Below, piece after piece: positions 16,380 through 25,048 of a stretch of DNA of 31,421 nucleotides (the first letter of the stretch is position 1; the number at the start of each line of letters is the position of its first letter). Source of the DNA: a virus (Duplodnaviria; Caudoviricetes); the IMG/VR virus record IMGVR_UViG_3300014208_000386, positions 1 through 31,421 of that record; one strand, written 5' to 3'. The notes beneath the pieces were generated by a model that was given only the letters and a program-made list of their open reading frames with translations, was not told the DNA's origin and ran no database searches. A program made the position numbers and the translations under genes.

Positions 16380-17552
16380 TTATTTTATTTCCAGCAACCA
16401 CCACTTGCCAAGATACTCTAACACTTCTTCTTCCGACAGATTAAACTTGTCTGCAAGCTGGCTGACTGTCATTGGCTTAGACATCATCGGAATAAACTCC
16501 ATCAGGCTTCTCAGCTTTGACTCCATGCCCACATATAAACCGTACCGTGATAAACACGGGTAGCCGGTAAACTTCTTGAACACTATCTTTGTTTTCTCCA
16601 ACCGGCCAACAGTGTTAAGCAATAGTTGGACGGCTTCTTCTAGCGATTCTTCGCTGATTATCGAAGCATTGTCTAGGCTAGTGTGATATTCCGGATAGGG
16701 AAACCGTGACAGTGAATCCATCGGAATCCCATGTGCTTCCCAGACCACTTCGTCGTTGCCTACGACATTGCCGAATTCACCCTTCTTAATCCTGCCAAAA
16801 TCAAAACAGGAACCGATATACGATTCCTGTAAAATCAACGGTGTCCGGGAACCTAACATTTCGAGAAAAACGCCGCCGATAAAGTTATCATTAGCTTTAC
16901 TTAGGTATAATTCAGATCCTATAATTTCCTGCACCAACAGCAGTTTGTAAGTGTATTTCGTTTTAGGCAATCGTTTGAATAACTCAATCCCAACAGCGCA
17001 TCCAGCCAGATCGTCATTGGCCATCCCAGGGTGGTCAAGGTGCGCCACGAAAACAAAGGTTTCGTCGAACTCTCCTTTATGCGTGTACTCGCAAGTTTTG
17101 AGTGTGCCTTCAGATTCTTCGGTTTCGATTGTTACCTCATATTCTCCAGGTTCTAAACTGTCATAGAATCTCTGGGTAACGCAAAAACCCCAATCTCTCT
17201 GCCAACTATTGTAACTTTGGCTATAGTGATAAGGGATTGCATCATACTTATTATGGTAATGTAGGTGTTTTTTAAGTTCATCCAAGTTGACTTTACCATT
17301 AAAACTTGTTGACAGACCAATAACATTTAGAGGATGTCGGGTGCCGTCGAAAATAATTTCGCCGTTTCTTTTTATGACCGCATCTTTGACATCCCACTTT
17401 GGCGGGATTACCCAACCGTTACAACCTTCGGCAAATTCCATCACCTTGAACGGCAGGTGTTTTTGCAGGTATTCTATGGCCTTGTCATAGTCCATTGAAC
17501 AGAATACCCGGTTAAGTGGCGTGAGGTCTTTTATTATTTTTAGCATGGTCAC
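16380..17552 (-). CDS. DUF4910/DUF2172-type M28 aminopeptidase-like protein typical of sugar-modification loci
   Basis: GWVIPPKW, HPL.V...S, L..HLH, WGFC, AHLDHPGMANDDLAG, EIIGS, YPEYHTSLD, C-terminal HTH. Confidence 0.8.
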   Translation of the reverse strand: MTMLKIIKDLTPLNRVFCSMDYDKAIEYLQKHLPFKVMEFAEGCNGWVIPPKWDVKDAVIKRNGEIIFDGTRHPLNVIGLSTSFNGKVNLDELKKHLHYHNKYDAIPYHYSQSYNSWQRDWGFCVTQRFYDSLEPGEYEVTIETEESEGTLKTCEYTHKGEFDETFVFVAHLDHPGMANDDLAGCAVGIELFKRLPKTKYTYKLLLVQEIIGSELYLSKANDNFIGGVFLEMLGSRTPLILQESYIGSCFDFGRIKKGEFGNVVGNDEVVWEAHGIPMDSLSRFPYPEYHTSLDNASIISEESLEEAVQLLLNTVGRLEKTKIVFKKFTGYPCLSRYGLYVGMESKLRSLMEFIPMMSKPMTVSQLADKFNLSEEEVLEYLGKWWLLEIK

Positions 17553-17566
17553 ATTCCTTTGGTGTT

Positions 17567-17791
17567 TTAGTAAAAAACGCCTGTTTTAATCATATGGTCG
17601 GTTTCCTGAATAAAAGCCCACACTTGAGAAATATGGTATAAATCACACGGATTACTATTCATCATTGACTGATTAACTAATTTGCACCATGTTTTGGTTT
17701 CTGTTTCTTTTGTTTCAGGGTTAATGCTATATATGGGTTTATAATGTTCGCAAGTTGTGCAAGTTTTTTCTACCTCTTCGTTATTATCCAT
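17567..17791 (-). CDS. Small Cys-containing hypothetical protein
   Basis: C..C.H...C...C pattern; GAGGAGCGA RBS. Confidence 0.6.
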   Translation of the reverse strand: MDNNEEVEKTCTTCEHYKPIYSINPETKETETKTWCKLVNQSMMNSNPCDLYHISQVWAFIQETDHMIKTGVFY

Positions 17792-17823
17792 TAAACAAAT
17801 CGCTCCTCACTTAATAATAGTTT

Positions 17824-18681
17824 TCATACCGCCACCGCCACATTGATAAACGTCGAAGCCATAAAAAGTCCCTGCCAATCGCGGGAATATTTAATCTCCA
17901 TCTGCTTAGATATCTCTATCAGTTCGCTATTGCCGTTCCTCAATAACGGCGGCAGGCAGTGGAAATTGTAACACAGGAATTCTTTACTTGCAAAACCGTA
18001 ACTTGCAAGTTTGGCCGGGTAGGTGATAGGATTTTCCGGTTTAATAAAAATGATATCCCTGGCTGAATTGTTTTCATCTTTGTTGATAGGCTCATCCGGG
18101 TCGGTAAGTAAACCGGCTAGCTCATATCGTAACGCTTCGATATCAACTTTAGAATTTACTTCTTGGATTAGCGGGAAAATGTTTCTGTCGAAGAAACGCA
18201 AGGTATATTTGTTGAAGGTGAACATATCAAACAACTCGTTCTGGTGGGCCGTCACAAAATACCCGCCTTTTTTTATAACCCTTCTTAGTTCTCGGTAGAC
18301 TTTATCTTCCTGGGTCTCCGGTATGTATGGTAAAACTCCTAAACAAAAAACGTGATCGAAAACTCCATCTTTAAACATCGACAGGTCATCAAGTGAAGTT
18401 TTAATAACCGGAATATAACTTCCAGCTAAGGTTTCTTTTGCTTTATCTAACATGCCTTGGGAAAAATCGCAGCCAATACATTTAAATCCGGCTTCATGAG
18501 ATATCTTTAAAAATTCACCTGTCCCGCAGCCAGCATCAAGTATTTTCCCCTTGGGTAATTCGTCAAGTATATTTGAGACTAATTCAAGTCTGTATTTGTT
18601 TGCCGGATATTCGCCATCGTTATCATATGTTTTTGCATGGGTATTGTAATATTTGATGGTGTTTTCTTGATTATAGTTCAT
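17824..18681 (-). CDS. Class I SAM-dependent methyltransferase
   Basis: ILDAGCGTG, GCDFS..ML, FDHVFCLGVL, RVIKKGG. Confidence 0.88.
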   Translation of the reverse strand: MNYNQENTIKYYNTHAKTYDNDGEYPANKYRLELVSNILDELPKGKILDAGCGTGEFLKISHEAGFKCIGCDFSQGMLDKAKETLAGSYIPVIKTSLDDLSMFKDGVFDHVFCLGVLPYIPETQEDKVYRELRRVIKKGGYFVTAHQNELFDMFTFNKYTLRFFDRNIFPLIQEVNSKVDIEALRYELAGLLTDPDEPINKDENNSARDIIFIKPENPITYPAKLASYGFASKEFLCYNFHCLPPLLRNGNSELIEISKQMEIKYSRDWQGLFMASTFINVAVAV

Positions 18682-18693
18682 ATTATCGCTCCT

Positions 18694-18981
18694 TTAATCT
18701 TCAAAACTTCCATTTATTTTAAAATCTATTTTTGACCTTAATACTTTTCCGTCTGCTGTTTCAATAATTGCCTTTGAACTAACATCAAACGATATATTCC
18801 TCTCGTAACACTTATCAATATAATTACATATTTTCTTCTTTATTTCTTCTTTATCCCACATATTTTTATTCATTTTATCGCTCCAATTCATTTTATTTTT
18901 CCTTTTATCTTTAGGTATAATTTGGCATGATTCACATACACCAATATGTCTATATTGACATTGTTTACAATATTCGTTCAT
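18694..18981 (-). CDS. Hypothetical protein (alternative internal start at 18873)
   Basis: ATG overlaps the neuB stop (TGATG). An in-frame internal ATG at 18873 has a GGAGCGATAAA RBS. Confidence 0.5.
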   Translation of the reverse strand: MNEYCKQCQYRHIGVCESCQIIPKDKRKNKMNWSDKMNKNMWDKEEIKKKICNYIDKCYERNISFDVSSKAIIETADGKVLRSKIDFKINGSFED

Positions 18982-19682
18982 CAAAGTATCTCCGCCAGTT
19001 GTTCCGGGGTCCTAGCAAATTCTCCGGCATCAAGGCCGGTGGAATCGAAAAGTTTGTAATGTACTTCCCAGGTTAAACCTTTATTACTTGCAATCATTCT
19101 TTCTTTGTCGCCATCATAAAGATTCTTTAAACGTTCTTGCCAATAGTTAAAGAAGTCCCAGTTTACCGTATGATCTGAAATGCCTGCGTGTTCAAATACT
19201 AATCCATAATAGTCTTCTACCTTTGCAGGATATTTCGAAACACAACCCAATACTGTCATGTTTTGGTCAATCATCCCATAGCCATCCAAATAGCATATAT
19301 TATCATCATAATGTGCTTCGTCTTGTTTGACGCTCACATACACCGGAATTTTCCTTGGTATCTCCCCAACAATCCAATCTAACGAACGGTTGTTGGCAAT
19401 TTTTATCATCGGCACATCAAACTGCAATAAAAAACCCAGTGATTCGAGGTCGAACACTGAGGAAGTCGTCTTGTAGCCTAATTCTGCAGCATAATTGTAT
19501 GCTTTTTTAAATATTTCATGGTCAAGCGGGATATTTTCGCCTACTTTGGTAAAAAGTTGGTGCTTGATTATAACTTCATGCTTGCCGGTATCGATTTTTT
19601 TGAGTTCGTCCAGCATTTTTTTAAGATATGGCCAGTTGTTCTTGTGTGTGTTGGCCGAAATGTCGAGAATTATCTTAGGCAT
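18981..19682 (-). CDS. neuB: N-acetylneuraminate/pseudaminate synthase family protein (NeuB/PseI-like, divergent, no C-terminal AFP-like domain)
   Basis: IILDISAN.H, IKHQLF, SSVFD, MIKIA, PVYVS, CVSKYPA, GISDHT, EVHY.L...G.D match the NeuB barrel pattern. Confidence 0.8.
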   Translation of the reverse strand: MPKIILDISANTHKNNWPYLKKMLDELKKIDTGKHEVIIKHQLFTKVGENIPLDHEIFKKAYNYAAELGYKTTSSVFDLESLGFLLQFDVPMIKIANNRSLDWIVGEIPRKIPVYVSVKQDEAHYDDNICYLDGYGMIDQNMTVLGCVSKYPAKVEDYYGLVFEHAGISDHTVNWDFFNYWQERLKNLYDGDKERMIASNKGLTWEVHYKLFDSTGLDAGEFARTPEQLAEIL

Positions 19683-19703
19683 GTTTTATCGCTCCCCCTT
19701 TGT

Positions 19704-19961
19704 TTAGGCATGGGCGGTTATATAAACCCTGATTGATTGTCCATCTTCTTCAATATCATACACGTGTTTTTCAAATACAGTTAGTATTTGTGCAACATGT
19801 CCTATATCTAAATTGTCTAAACTCCCAACTATTACCCAATCTTCGTCCCCACCGTGTTGACTTAATTCTTGGTATCTTTGCGGAGCCCCGTAAAATGGAT
19901 AAACTTTGATTAAGTTTTTGTCTAAACTTGAGTTAAAAGAATCTATTATTGACTTATGCAA
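19704..19961 (-). CDS. Hypothetical protein
   Basis: TTG at 19961 after GGAGCGATAAAA; the track start at 20012 overlaps the formyltransferase. Confidence 0.55.
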   Translation of the reverse strand: MHKSIIDSFNSSLDKNLIKVYPFYGAPQRYQELSQHGGDEDWVIVGSLDNLDIGHVAQILTVFEKHVYDIEEDGQSIRVYITAHA

Positions 19962-19963
19962 TT

Positions 19964-20530
19964 TTATCGCTCCCTTGCTTTGCCTAAAATATCCTTCACA
20001 CGCGTATTCCATCCTTCGGAAAGTAGTTGTTCATACTCATCCTTGTCTTTTACCCGGTGAAAAGTGAGTTGAGGTAACGAGTTGATATTGCCCTCACGTA
20101 TTTTTGGCCACATCGTTTTAAACAACGTCTCTATTTGCTCTGAGAGTCGTCTGTATGTGGTCTTTAAGGTATCAGTGTCATTATTAAATTCAAGTCGCTC
20201 TTGGCCAATTATATCGCCCGTATCGATGTTCCCGTCAAGATAATGTATTGTTACGCCCTTTGGAGTATCTTCTAAGAAGCTCCACAGGTTTGGATCGGCC
20301 CCACGATTCCAAGGCAGGTAAGAAATATGTAGATTTATTGCCCGGCCTTTAAATTTTTCCGTTACTTCTCTGTCGATTTTAAACCGATACCCATAACTGA
20401 TAATAAAATCTACATTTTTCAATATCTCGTCAGTCAAAGGTTTTACAGTGTGTTTTACTTCGTCACCGAATGATTCCAAGAATTCAATTAGGTGTTTGTG
20501 CGGACTCAGAAATAAGATTTTCATGCTCAA
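19964..20530 (-). CDS. Formyltransferase (sugar N-formyltransferase-like)
   Basis: INLHISYLPWNRG, GVTIHYLD..IDTGDII (N10-formyl-THF motifs); single domain. Confidence 0.88.
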   Translation of the reverse strand: MSMKILFLSPHKHLIEFLESFGDEVKHTVKPLTDEILKNVDFIISYGYRFKIDREVTEKFKGRAINLHISYLPWNRGADPNLWSFLEDTPKGVTIHYLDGNIDTGDIIGQERLEFNNDTDTLKTTYRRLSEQIETLFKTMWPKIREGNINSLPQLTFHRVKDKDEYEQLLSEGWNTRVKDILGKARER

Positions 20531-21056
20531 TAAAATCCTCCTTTGTGAAATTTATATACGCGCTGTCATAATATCTGCCGCCGTGGTATTTTCGATTAGG
20601 AAGTATAGCCAGCTTACCTTTGTATTTATTTAGTTGCTTAATCCAAAATTTATGGTATGGGTTACACTCGTAAACCTCTGTGTAGATGTTCTCCAGATTC
20701 ATATTCATAAAGCCTTCATAAAGTAGGAGTTGCAGGGCTTCCTCGCCGTATTTGTCCATGGAGTAATCAGGATTGAATATCAGACTTGTTTCGGCAAGAC
20801 GGTTCTCCCAACTGATATTTTCTAGACCGCACATACCAATAAAATGTAGACATTCCTCTTCCGATTGGAGATCTCCGCAATCAACCCATATCCCCCAGAA
20901 CCGGGCATTAGTTTGGCGGTTACATATAATGTTCCGGTAGAACGTTTCCTGTTGTTCCTGTGTTAATGGAAAAGGAGTCCTGAGCATTTCTAAACTTTGA
21001 TTCCGCCACAATCTAATCTGTTCGCAATCTTCAACAGATAAAACTTTAAGTTTCAT
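20484..21056 (-). CDS. GNAT N-acetyltransferase (PseH/RimJ-like)
   Basis: D.E.IRLWRN, FIGMCGL..I.W.NR.AE, GF..MNL..IY.EVY..N; overlaps the formyltransferase. Confidence 0.8.
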   Translation of the reverse strand: MKLKVLSVEDCEQIRLWRNQSLEMLRTPFPLTQEQQETFYRNIICNRQTNARFWGIWVDCGDLQSEEECLHFIGMCGLENISWENRLAETSLIFNPDYSMDKYGEEALQLLLYEGFMNMNLENIYTEVYECNPYHKFWIKQLNKYKGKLAILPNRKYHGGRYYDSAYINFTKEDFIEHENLISESAQTPN

Positions 21057-21067
21057 TTTATCGCTCC

Positions 21068-21247
21068 TTATTTCGGTTTACTCATGGATAAAAAATTAGA
21101 ATACTCGTCGTCGCAAAAAGCAAGTTGTTTTCCTTCCTTTAAAGCATTAATGTGTTCTTCTGTTATAAGAATGTGTTCTGAGCCATAACTATGTCCATAT
21201 TCATTTTGAGCTTTTATGGTATTTGGAATTATTGATATTTTAGCCAT
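21068..21247 (-). CDS. 59-aa hypothetical protein (not in ORF track)
   Basis: AAGGAGCG RBS then MAKISIIPNT...LSMSKPK*. Stop abuts the next RBS. Confidence 0.6.
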   Translation of the reverse strand: MAKISIIPNTIKAQNEYGHSYGSEHILITEEHINALKEGKQLAFCDDEYSNFLSMSKPK

Positions 21248-21277
21248 GTTTTACGCTCCTTCTCGCTCCTAATTAAA

Positions 21278-21334
21278 TAGCACAGGGAAACCGCGGAGCG
21301 AATGCGGCATACGGTTATAACCGTCCCCATGCTA
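21278..21334 (-). ncRNA. Predicted three-stem RNA element with anti-GGAGCGA loop
   Basis: P1 TAGCATGGGGA/TCCCTGTGCTA, P2 CGGT-TATA-ACCG, P3 GCCGC-ATTCGCTCC-GCGGT. Confidence 0.55.
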
Positions 21335-21397
21335 AAGATTAAACTAATTTAAAAAACGATGCTCTAATTTGCCCTACAAGGATTTAAAAACAAGGGG

Positions 21398-21697
21398 TTA
21401 GGGTGATTGTATGTGTCCCACTAAAGCATCGTCAATCTTTTTTTCAAGTTGTGGCGACAAAGATATTTTTTCAATAACCTTGAAATGACTCACTACCGTT
21501 TCACAAATTATATTAGCATCGGGAAGCGGCTTGCCTTCTTCCGTTTCTGGCAAACGTAGATCTGTACCCACAAGAGCCAGGTTCAATGTTTGACTATCAT
21601 CTACTGACGCTTCAGATACATGGATATCGTCGTTATATTTTAAACCCACTTGTTCTAGCAAAAGAGGGATACTTATTTTTACTTTACAACCTCTCAT
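21398..21697 (-). CDS. Hypothetical protein
   Basis: 99 aa with AGGAG RBS in the end of the upstream gene. Confidence 0.6.
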   Translation of the reverse strand: MRGCKVKISIPLLLEQVGLKYNDDIHVSEASVDDSQTLNLALVGTDLRLPETEEGKPLPDANIICETVVSHFKVIEKISLSPQLEKKIDDALVGHIQSP

Positions 21698-21700
21698 TTT

Positions 21701-22441
21701 TTAATCCACTCCTTTAACAATTTTAACAATCCTTGTTTTTACCGTCGTTCCGCTCTCTTTGAATACATCCCTGTCGTTTTCAATGACTTCAGCATCATTC
21801 TGTTCTAAAAATTCCCTGAATGCCACCGATTTTTTATTCTCCCGGAAGAATGGGCCTTCGCTGACGATAGACACGAGAATTCCACCCGGTTTGAGAATAT
21901 CAAACGCATGGAGGATATGAGAAATATCCTGCTGTTTTGTGAATGGCGGATTCATAACGATTTTATCCGCTATAACTTCGTTGAATTCTAGGAAATCTGT
22001 GGTAACCACAGAATAACCTTTGTCGGTTAAAACCTTGGCGTTGTTGGCATTTAGTTCTATCAATAACTTAGTGTTCTCTCGAGGGAAATGATCAACTATC
22101 GCGCCCTGGCCGGCTGAAGGCTCAAGTAACACGTCACCCGATTTTATCTCTGCCATATCTACTATTTTACGGGCCAACTCTTCTGGTGTCGGGAAATATT
22201 GGAATTGCTTTTTCAGGTCAACCGTTTCGCCGGTTATAATTAAGTTGTCAAATAACTCGGCAGGGTCTTCACTGAATACATGGCCTTTTGCTTTACGGTT
22301 CCATTTGCCGCCGATATTCTCAAGGCATTTATTTACTGCCTCATAGGTTTTTCTATCCAACTGTGACGGGGGCAAAAAAACTACACAGCCGTTGACTGTG
22401 CAATTATCAAGGATATTTAATATTTGGTTGTCAATTTTCAT
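21701..22441 (-). CDS. Amino (probably N6-adenine DNA) methyltransferase
   Basis: QYFPTP, LEPSAGQG (motif I), MNPPF (motif IV), FKESGT.V.T. Confidence 0.85.
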   Translation of the reverse strand: MKIDNQILNILDNCTVNGCVVFLPPSQLDRKTYEAVNKCLENIGGKWNRKAKGHVFSEDPAELFDNLIITGETVDLKKQFQYFPTPEELARKIVDMAEIKSGDVLLEPSAGQGAIVDHFPRENTKLLIELNANNAKVLTDKGYSVVTTDFLEFNEVIADKIVMNPPFTKQQDISHILHAFDILKPGGILVSIVSEGPFFRENKKSVAFREFLEQNDAEVIENDRDVFKESGTTVKTRIVKIVKGVD

Positions 22442-22464
22442 GTAATCGCTCCTTTATTAGTCAG

Positions 22465-22767
22465 TTACCGTCTTTCCTGTTTATCGCTCTCGATATGTAT
22501 GTTCTTTGTCTGTTTTTCTGTTTCCGGAATAACTTGAAAAGGGTCATATTCTGCGTTGATTTCAAATATAAAAGTCTGTATCTTAAAGCCGTATTTTTCG
22601 CACATTAACTCGGCAATTTTATCGGCCGATCTGGTTGCTCTTTTTAAATTACCTATAACCTGATTGTACATATCAATAAATTCGCTTTTTGTAAATTTTG
22701 TCTCATGTGATATTAAGGTATTTTGATAATCAGCATAACAATCCGTAGAGATACAATATAAATACAT
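22465..22767 (-). CDS. Hypothetical protein
   Basis: Likely start MYLYC at 22767 after GGAAGCGG (track start 22854). Confidence 0.55.
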   Translation of the reverse strand: MYLYCISTDCYADYQNTLISHETKFTKSEFIDMYNQVIGNLKRATRSADKIAELMCEKYGFKIQTFIFEINAEYDPFQVIPETEKQTKNIHIESDKQERR

Positions 22768-22925
22768 TTTTACCCGCTTCCAACTGGAAATTATTTTTGT
22801 AAATAACTGGCATATTAGCCCTTTGGTTGTATTCGGCCCGTGGACGATTGGCATTTTTGGCTTGTTTTCTCCTAAAAACTTACAGAAGAATTGGAAATGT
22901 AGCCTTTAAACCGCTCTATCGGATC

Positions 22926-23090
22926 CTAAATAAACTGACTGGTCGGACCTAACGGAATATAATCGTCAGCATTTACCCATTCCCACTTGACACGATGAAT
23001 TAAAAATAATGTTTCGTTAGCTTTGATAGTTGTAGCAAATACAGTCCAGGCTCTATTATCTTCTATCCTCTTTGAAACTACTTGAAACAT
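22926..23090 (-). CDS. 54-aa hypothetical protein (not in ORF track)
   Basis: AGGAG RBS then MFQVVSKR...FLIHRVKWEWVNADDYIP...*. Confidence 0.55.
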   Translation of the reverse strand: MFQVVSKRIEDNRAWTVFATTIKANETLFLIHRVKWEWVNADDYIPLGPTSQFI

Positions 23091-23165
23091 TACTAACCAC
23101 ACTCCTATAGTTAAATAATAGGCACCAGGGTTTTCGGAAGGTAAAAGAACGTTTTTCGTGTGACG

Positions 23166-24023
23166 CTATACTACCCTTCTCATTTTACCCCGGCGGGTAT
23201 TGGCAACATCTTCTGTGTATTCTTCCTTTGCCTTTGTCTGTAGGATTATAAACTCGGCAAATTTATCTTTGGCCCAATCAGGCAAATATAGGTCAAGTTG
23301 TTTTCTAAAAAGCAGATATAGGCTTAACGGCAATCTGTTGGATGCGTAAAAATATACCGGGTTCATATAAAATTGAACTTCTTTTTTATCTTCTGTCACC
23401 ACTTTGGCCAAAACCCCAAGATTAATCATCTTCGCAATAAAATCCCTTGCCCGACGAGGTTTAAGATAAACAACTTCCCCGATATATTCAAACGACATTA
23501 AATGTACGCCATCATTGTCTCGATATGCAAGCATGTTGGTATCTTCAAAAATAAACTGTGACAATATTGCTAATCTTCCTACATCAGATGCACTTACTTT
23601 ATCGGGAAACGAAATTCCATGAAACATTTTTACTACAAATCCATCTTTGTTTAAAATTCCAGTAAATTTTTTACAAACCCAAAATAAATATCCTTCCTGG
23701 GTGAACGCCAAACCCTTTACGCTATTTGCTTCCGGGGCAATATTATAGCCGTATTTTGAATTTGCACTATCATATTTGTTTATGTAATTCTGTTCTTCGG
23801 TCAATAATAATTCCTGGTCTTTAATTTCTTTAAGAAGATAAACCTCAAATTTACTAAATCCATATTTATTCCATGCTCTTTGAAGATGGGCCGAGTGATG
23901 GCATCCGTTATCAAGTAGCCTTAAATGTGTCTTTATTCTTACTTTAATATTTTTTGAACTGCCAATATATAACTTTCCGTTGACAGTATTTTTGATAGCA
24001 TAAATTCCCATGATTTTATCCAT
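23166..24023 (-). CDS. GIY-YIG endonuclease fused to a RepL-like/winged-helix domain
   Basis: GIYAIKN...LYIGSS...R...H...LQRAWNKYG...E...GYNI; C-terminal FYMNPVYF. ATG at 24023 follows CAGGAGGT. Confidence 0.85.
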   Translation of the reverse strand: MDKIMGIYAIKNTVNGKLYIGSSKNIKVRIKTHLRLLDNGCHHSAHLQRAWNKYGFSKFEVYLLKEIKDQELLLTEEQNYINKYDSANSKYGYNIAPEANSVKGLAFTQEGYLFWVCKKFTGILNKDGFVVKMFHGISFPDKVSASDVGRLAILSQFIFEDTNMLAYRDNDGVHLMSFEYIGEVVYLKPRRARDFIAKMINLGVLAKVVTEDKKEVQFYMNPVYFYASNRLPLSLYLLFRKQLDLYLPDWAKDKFAEFIILQTKAKEEYTEDVANTRRGKMRRVV

Positions 24024-24063
24024 ATTAATTACCTCCTGTTTTGGTAATAAAAATAACCTGCTC

Positions 24064-24096
24064 GGGGCAGAAGTTGAAACAGGCAACTTCTGCCCC
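24064..24096 (-). promoter_or_regulatory. 13-bp perfect hairpin with anti-RBS loop in the GIY-YIG leader
   Basis: GGGGCAGAAGTTG-CCTGTTT-CAACTTCTGCCCC; the loop matches AAACAGG at 24035-24041. Confidence 0.65.
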
Positions 24097-24128
24097 TCAG
24101 ACGACCCGGCCGGACCGTGAGATTAATA

Positions 24129-24641
24129 TTAATTCCTGATATTCTTCCACTGTGTCCCACCAAGAACACGAATCTTATAATTCTTGAACATGGTTTTCAG
24201 TACCTTGTTGATCCGGTTACCCTTGCAGAACAACCATGGATTGATAAAGTATTGCCGACTTTTACTGTTTTTGCCTTTATAAATAATATCCTTTTTAATA
24301 AGGCTGCTTATGGTTTCATATAGAACAGTCTTACAAAGCCCGGTAAGATTAACCAAATCATCAGTGGACATCTCTTTGCCATTGTCTAACTTTAGACAGC
24401 AATCGTCATAACCTATATAAGTCGCAACCGCAAACAAAAAAGCCTTCTCGTTTATAGAAAGCTCCTTCATCCATTTTCGCATCTCGCCGGTGTGACCTTT
24501 ATAAAAATTCTCTATCTTCCACTCCTGAAACTGCGACAGATATTCCAAACTGTTCTTTTTAAATATCCTATCCCCAGGCCCAAGCCTATTTGTCACCTCT
24601 CCGGTATCATCATCTATAACCATTCTACCCATTCTACCCAT
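24129..24641 (-). CDS. RepL-like / winged-HTH DNA-binding protein
   Basis: D.DTGEV N-terminus, LS.NEKAFL, HTH (DLVNLTGLCKTVLYETISSL..K.II), YFINPWLFCKG. Confidence 0.65.
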   Translation of the reverse strand: MGRMGRMVIDDDTGEVTNRLGPGDRIFKKNSLEYLSQFQEWKIENFYKGHTGEMRKWMKELSINEKAFLFAVATYIGYDDCCLKLDNGKEMSTDDLVNLTGLCKTVLYETISSLIKKDIIYKGKNSKSRQYFINPWLFCKGNRINKVLKTMFKNYKIRVLGGTQWKNIRN

Positions 24642-24657
24642 TCTTACCACTCCTTTT

Positions 24658-24702
24658 TCCGCCTACACGGACAAATAAGGCTTATTTGTCCGCCTATACG
24701 GA
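24658..24702. repeat. 14-bp direct repeat pair bracketing an 11-bp inverted repeat
   Basis: TCCGCCTACACGGA (24658) and TCCGCCTATACGGA (24689); GGACAAATAAG-G-CTTATTTGTCC at 24669-24691. Confidence 0.75.
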
Positions 24703-25048
24703 ATTATAAAAACACCACTTAACCCATAATACCCTAAGGTTAAAAGGTGTTTTTAAGGTACTTCGTCCCTCTTTTCTTAAATTGACCCGAATCACCTGTC
24801 TAAGATAACAGTGTTAGCATAAATCAACCGTACGATATTTGCGTACTGTCTATCTTTACATGACCCTTTTTATTTTTTGGAAAAAATTTTTACAGAAGCA
24901 ATTTTGACTAATGATATTTAACAGGATATGCCCTTTTTGTTTGGTGAGAATTTTTCTGCGACTGACCGATGCCCTCCTCCGAACTAACAGGACAAACAAC
25001 CTCCCCGCCTCCTATATATTGGTAGGATTGGAAGTAATAATTCATACT

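Noticed and set aside
12601-21056. DNA hypermodification as the purpose of the sugar pathway
   Set aside because: No base hydroxymethylase or DNA glycosyltransferase is recognisable, and the only transferase seen belongs to a protein-targeting family. Disfavoured, not excluded.
24619-24644. 9-nt tandem repeat encoding MGRMGRMV
   Set aside because: Short in-frame duplication at the N-terminus; only affects start-site choice.
24860-25020. G-rich then A/T-tract segment downstream of terS as the pac site
   Set aside because: The location is plausible but no diagnostic sequence is present; it needs read-terminus data.
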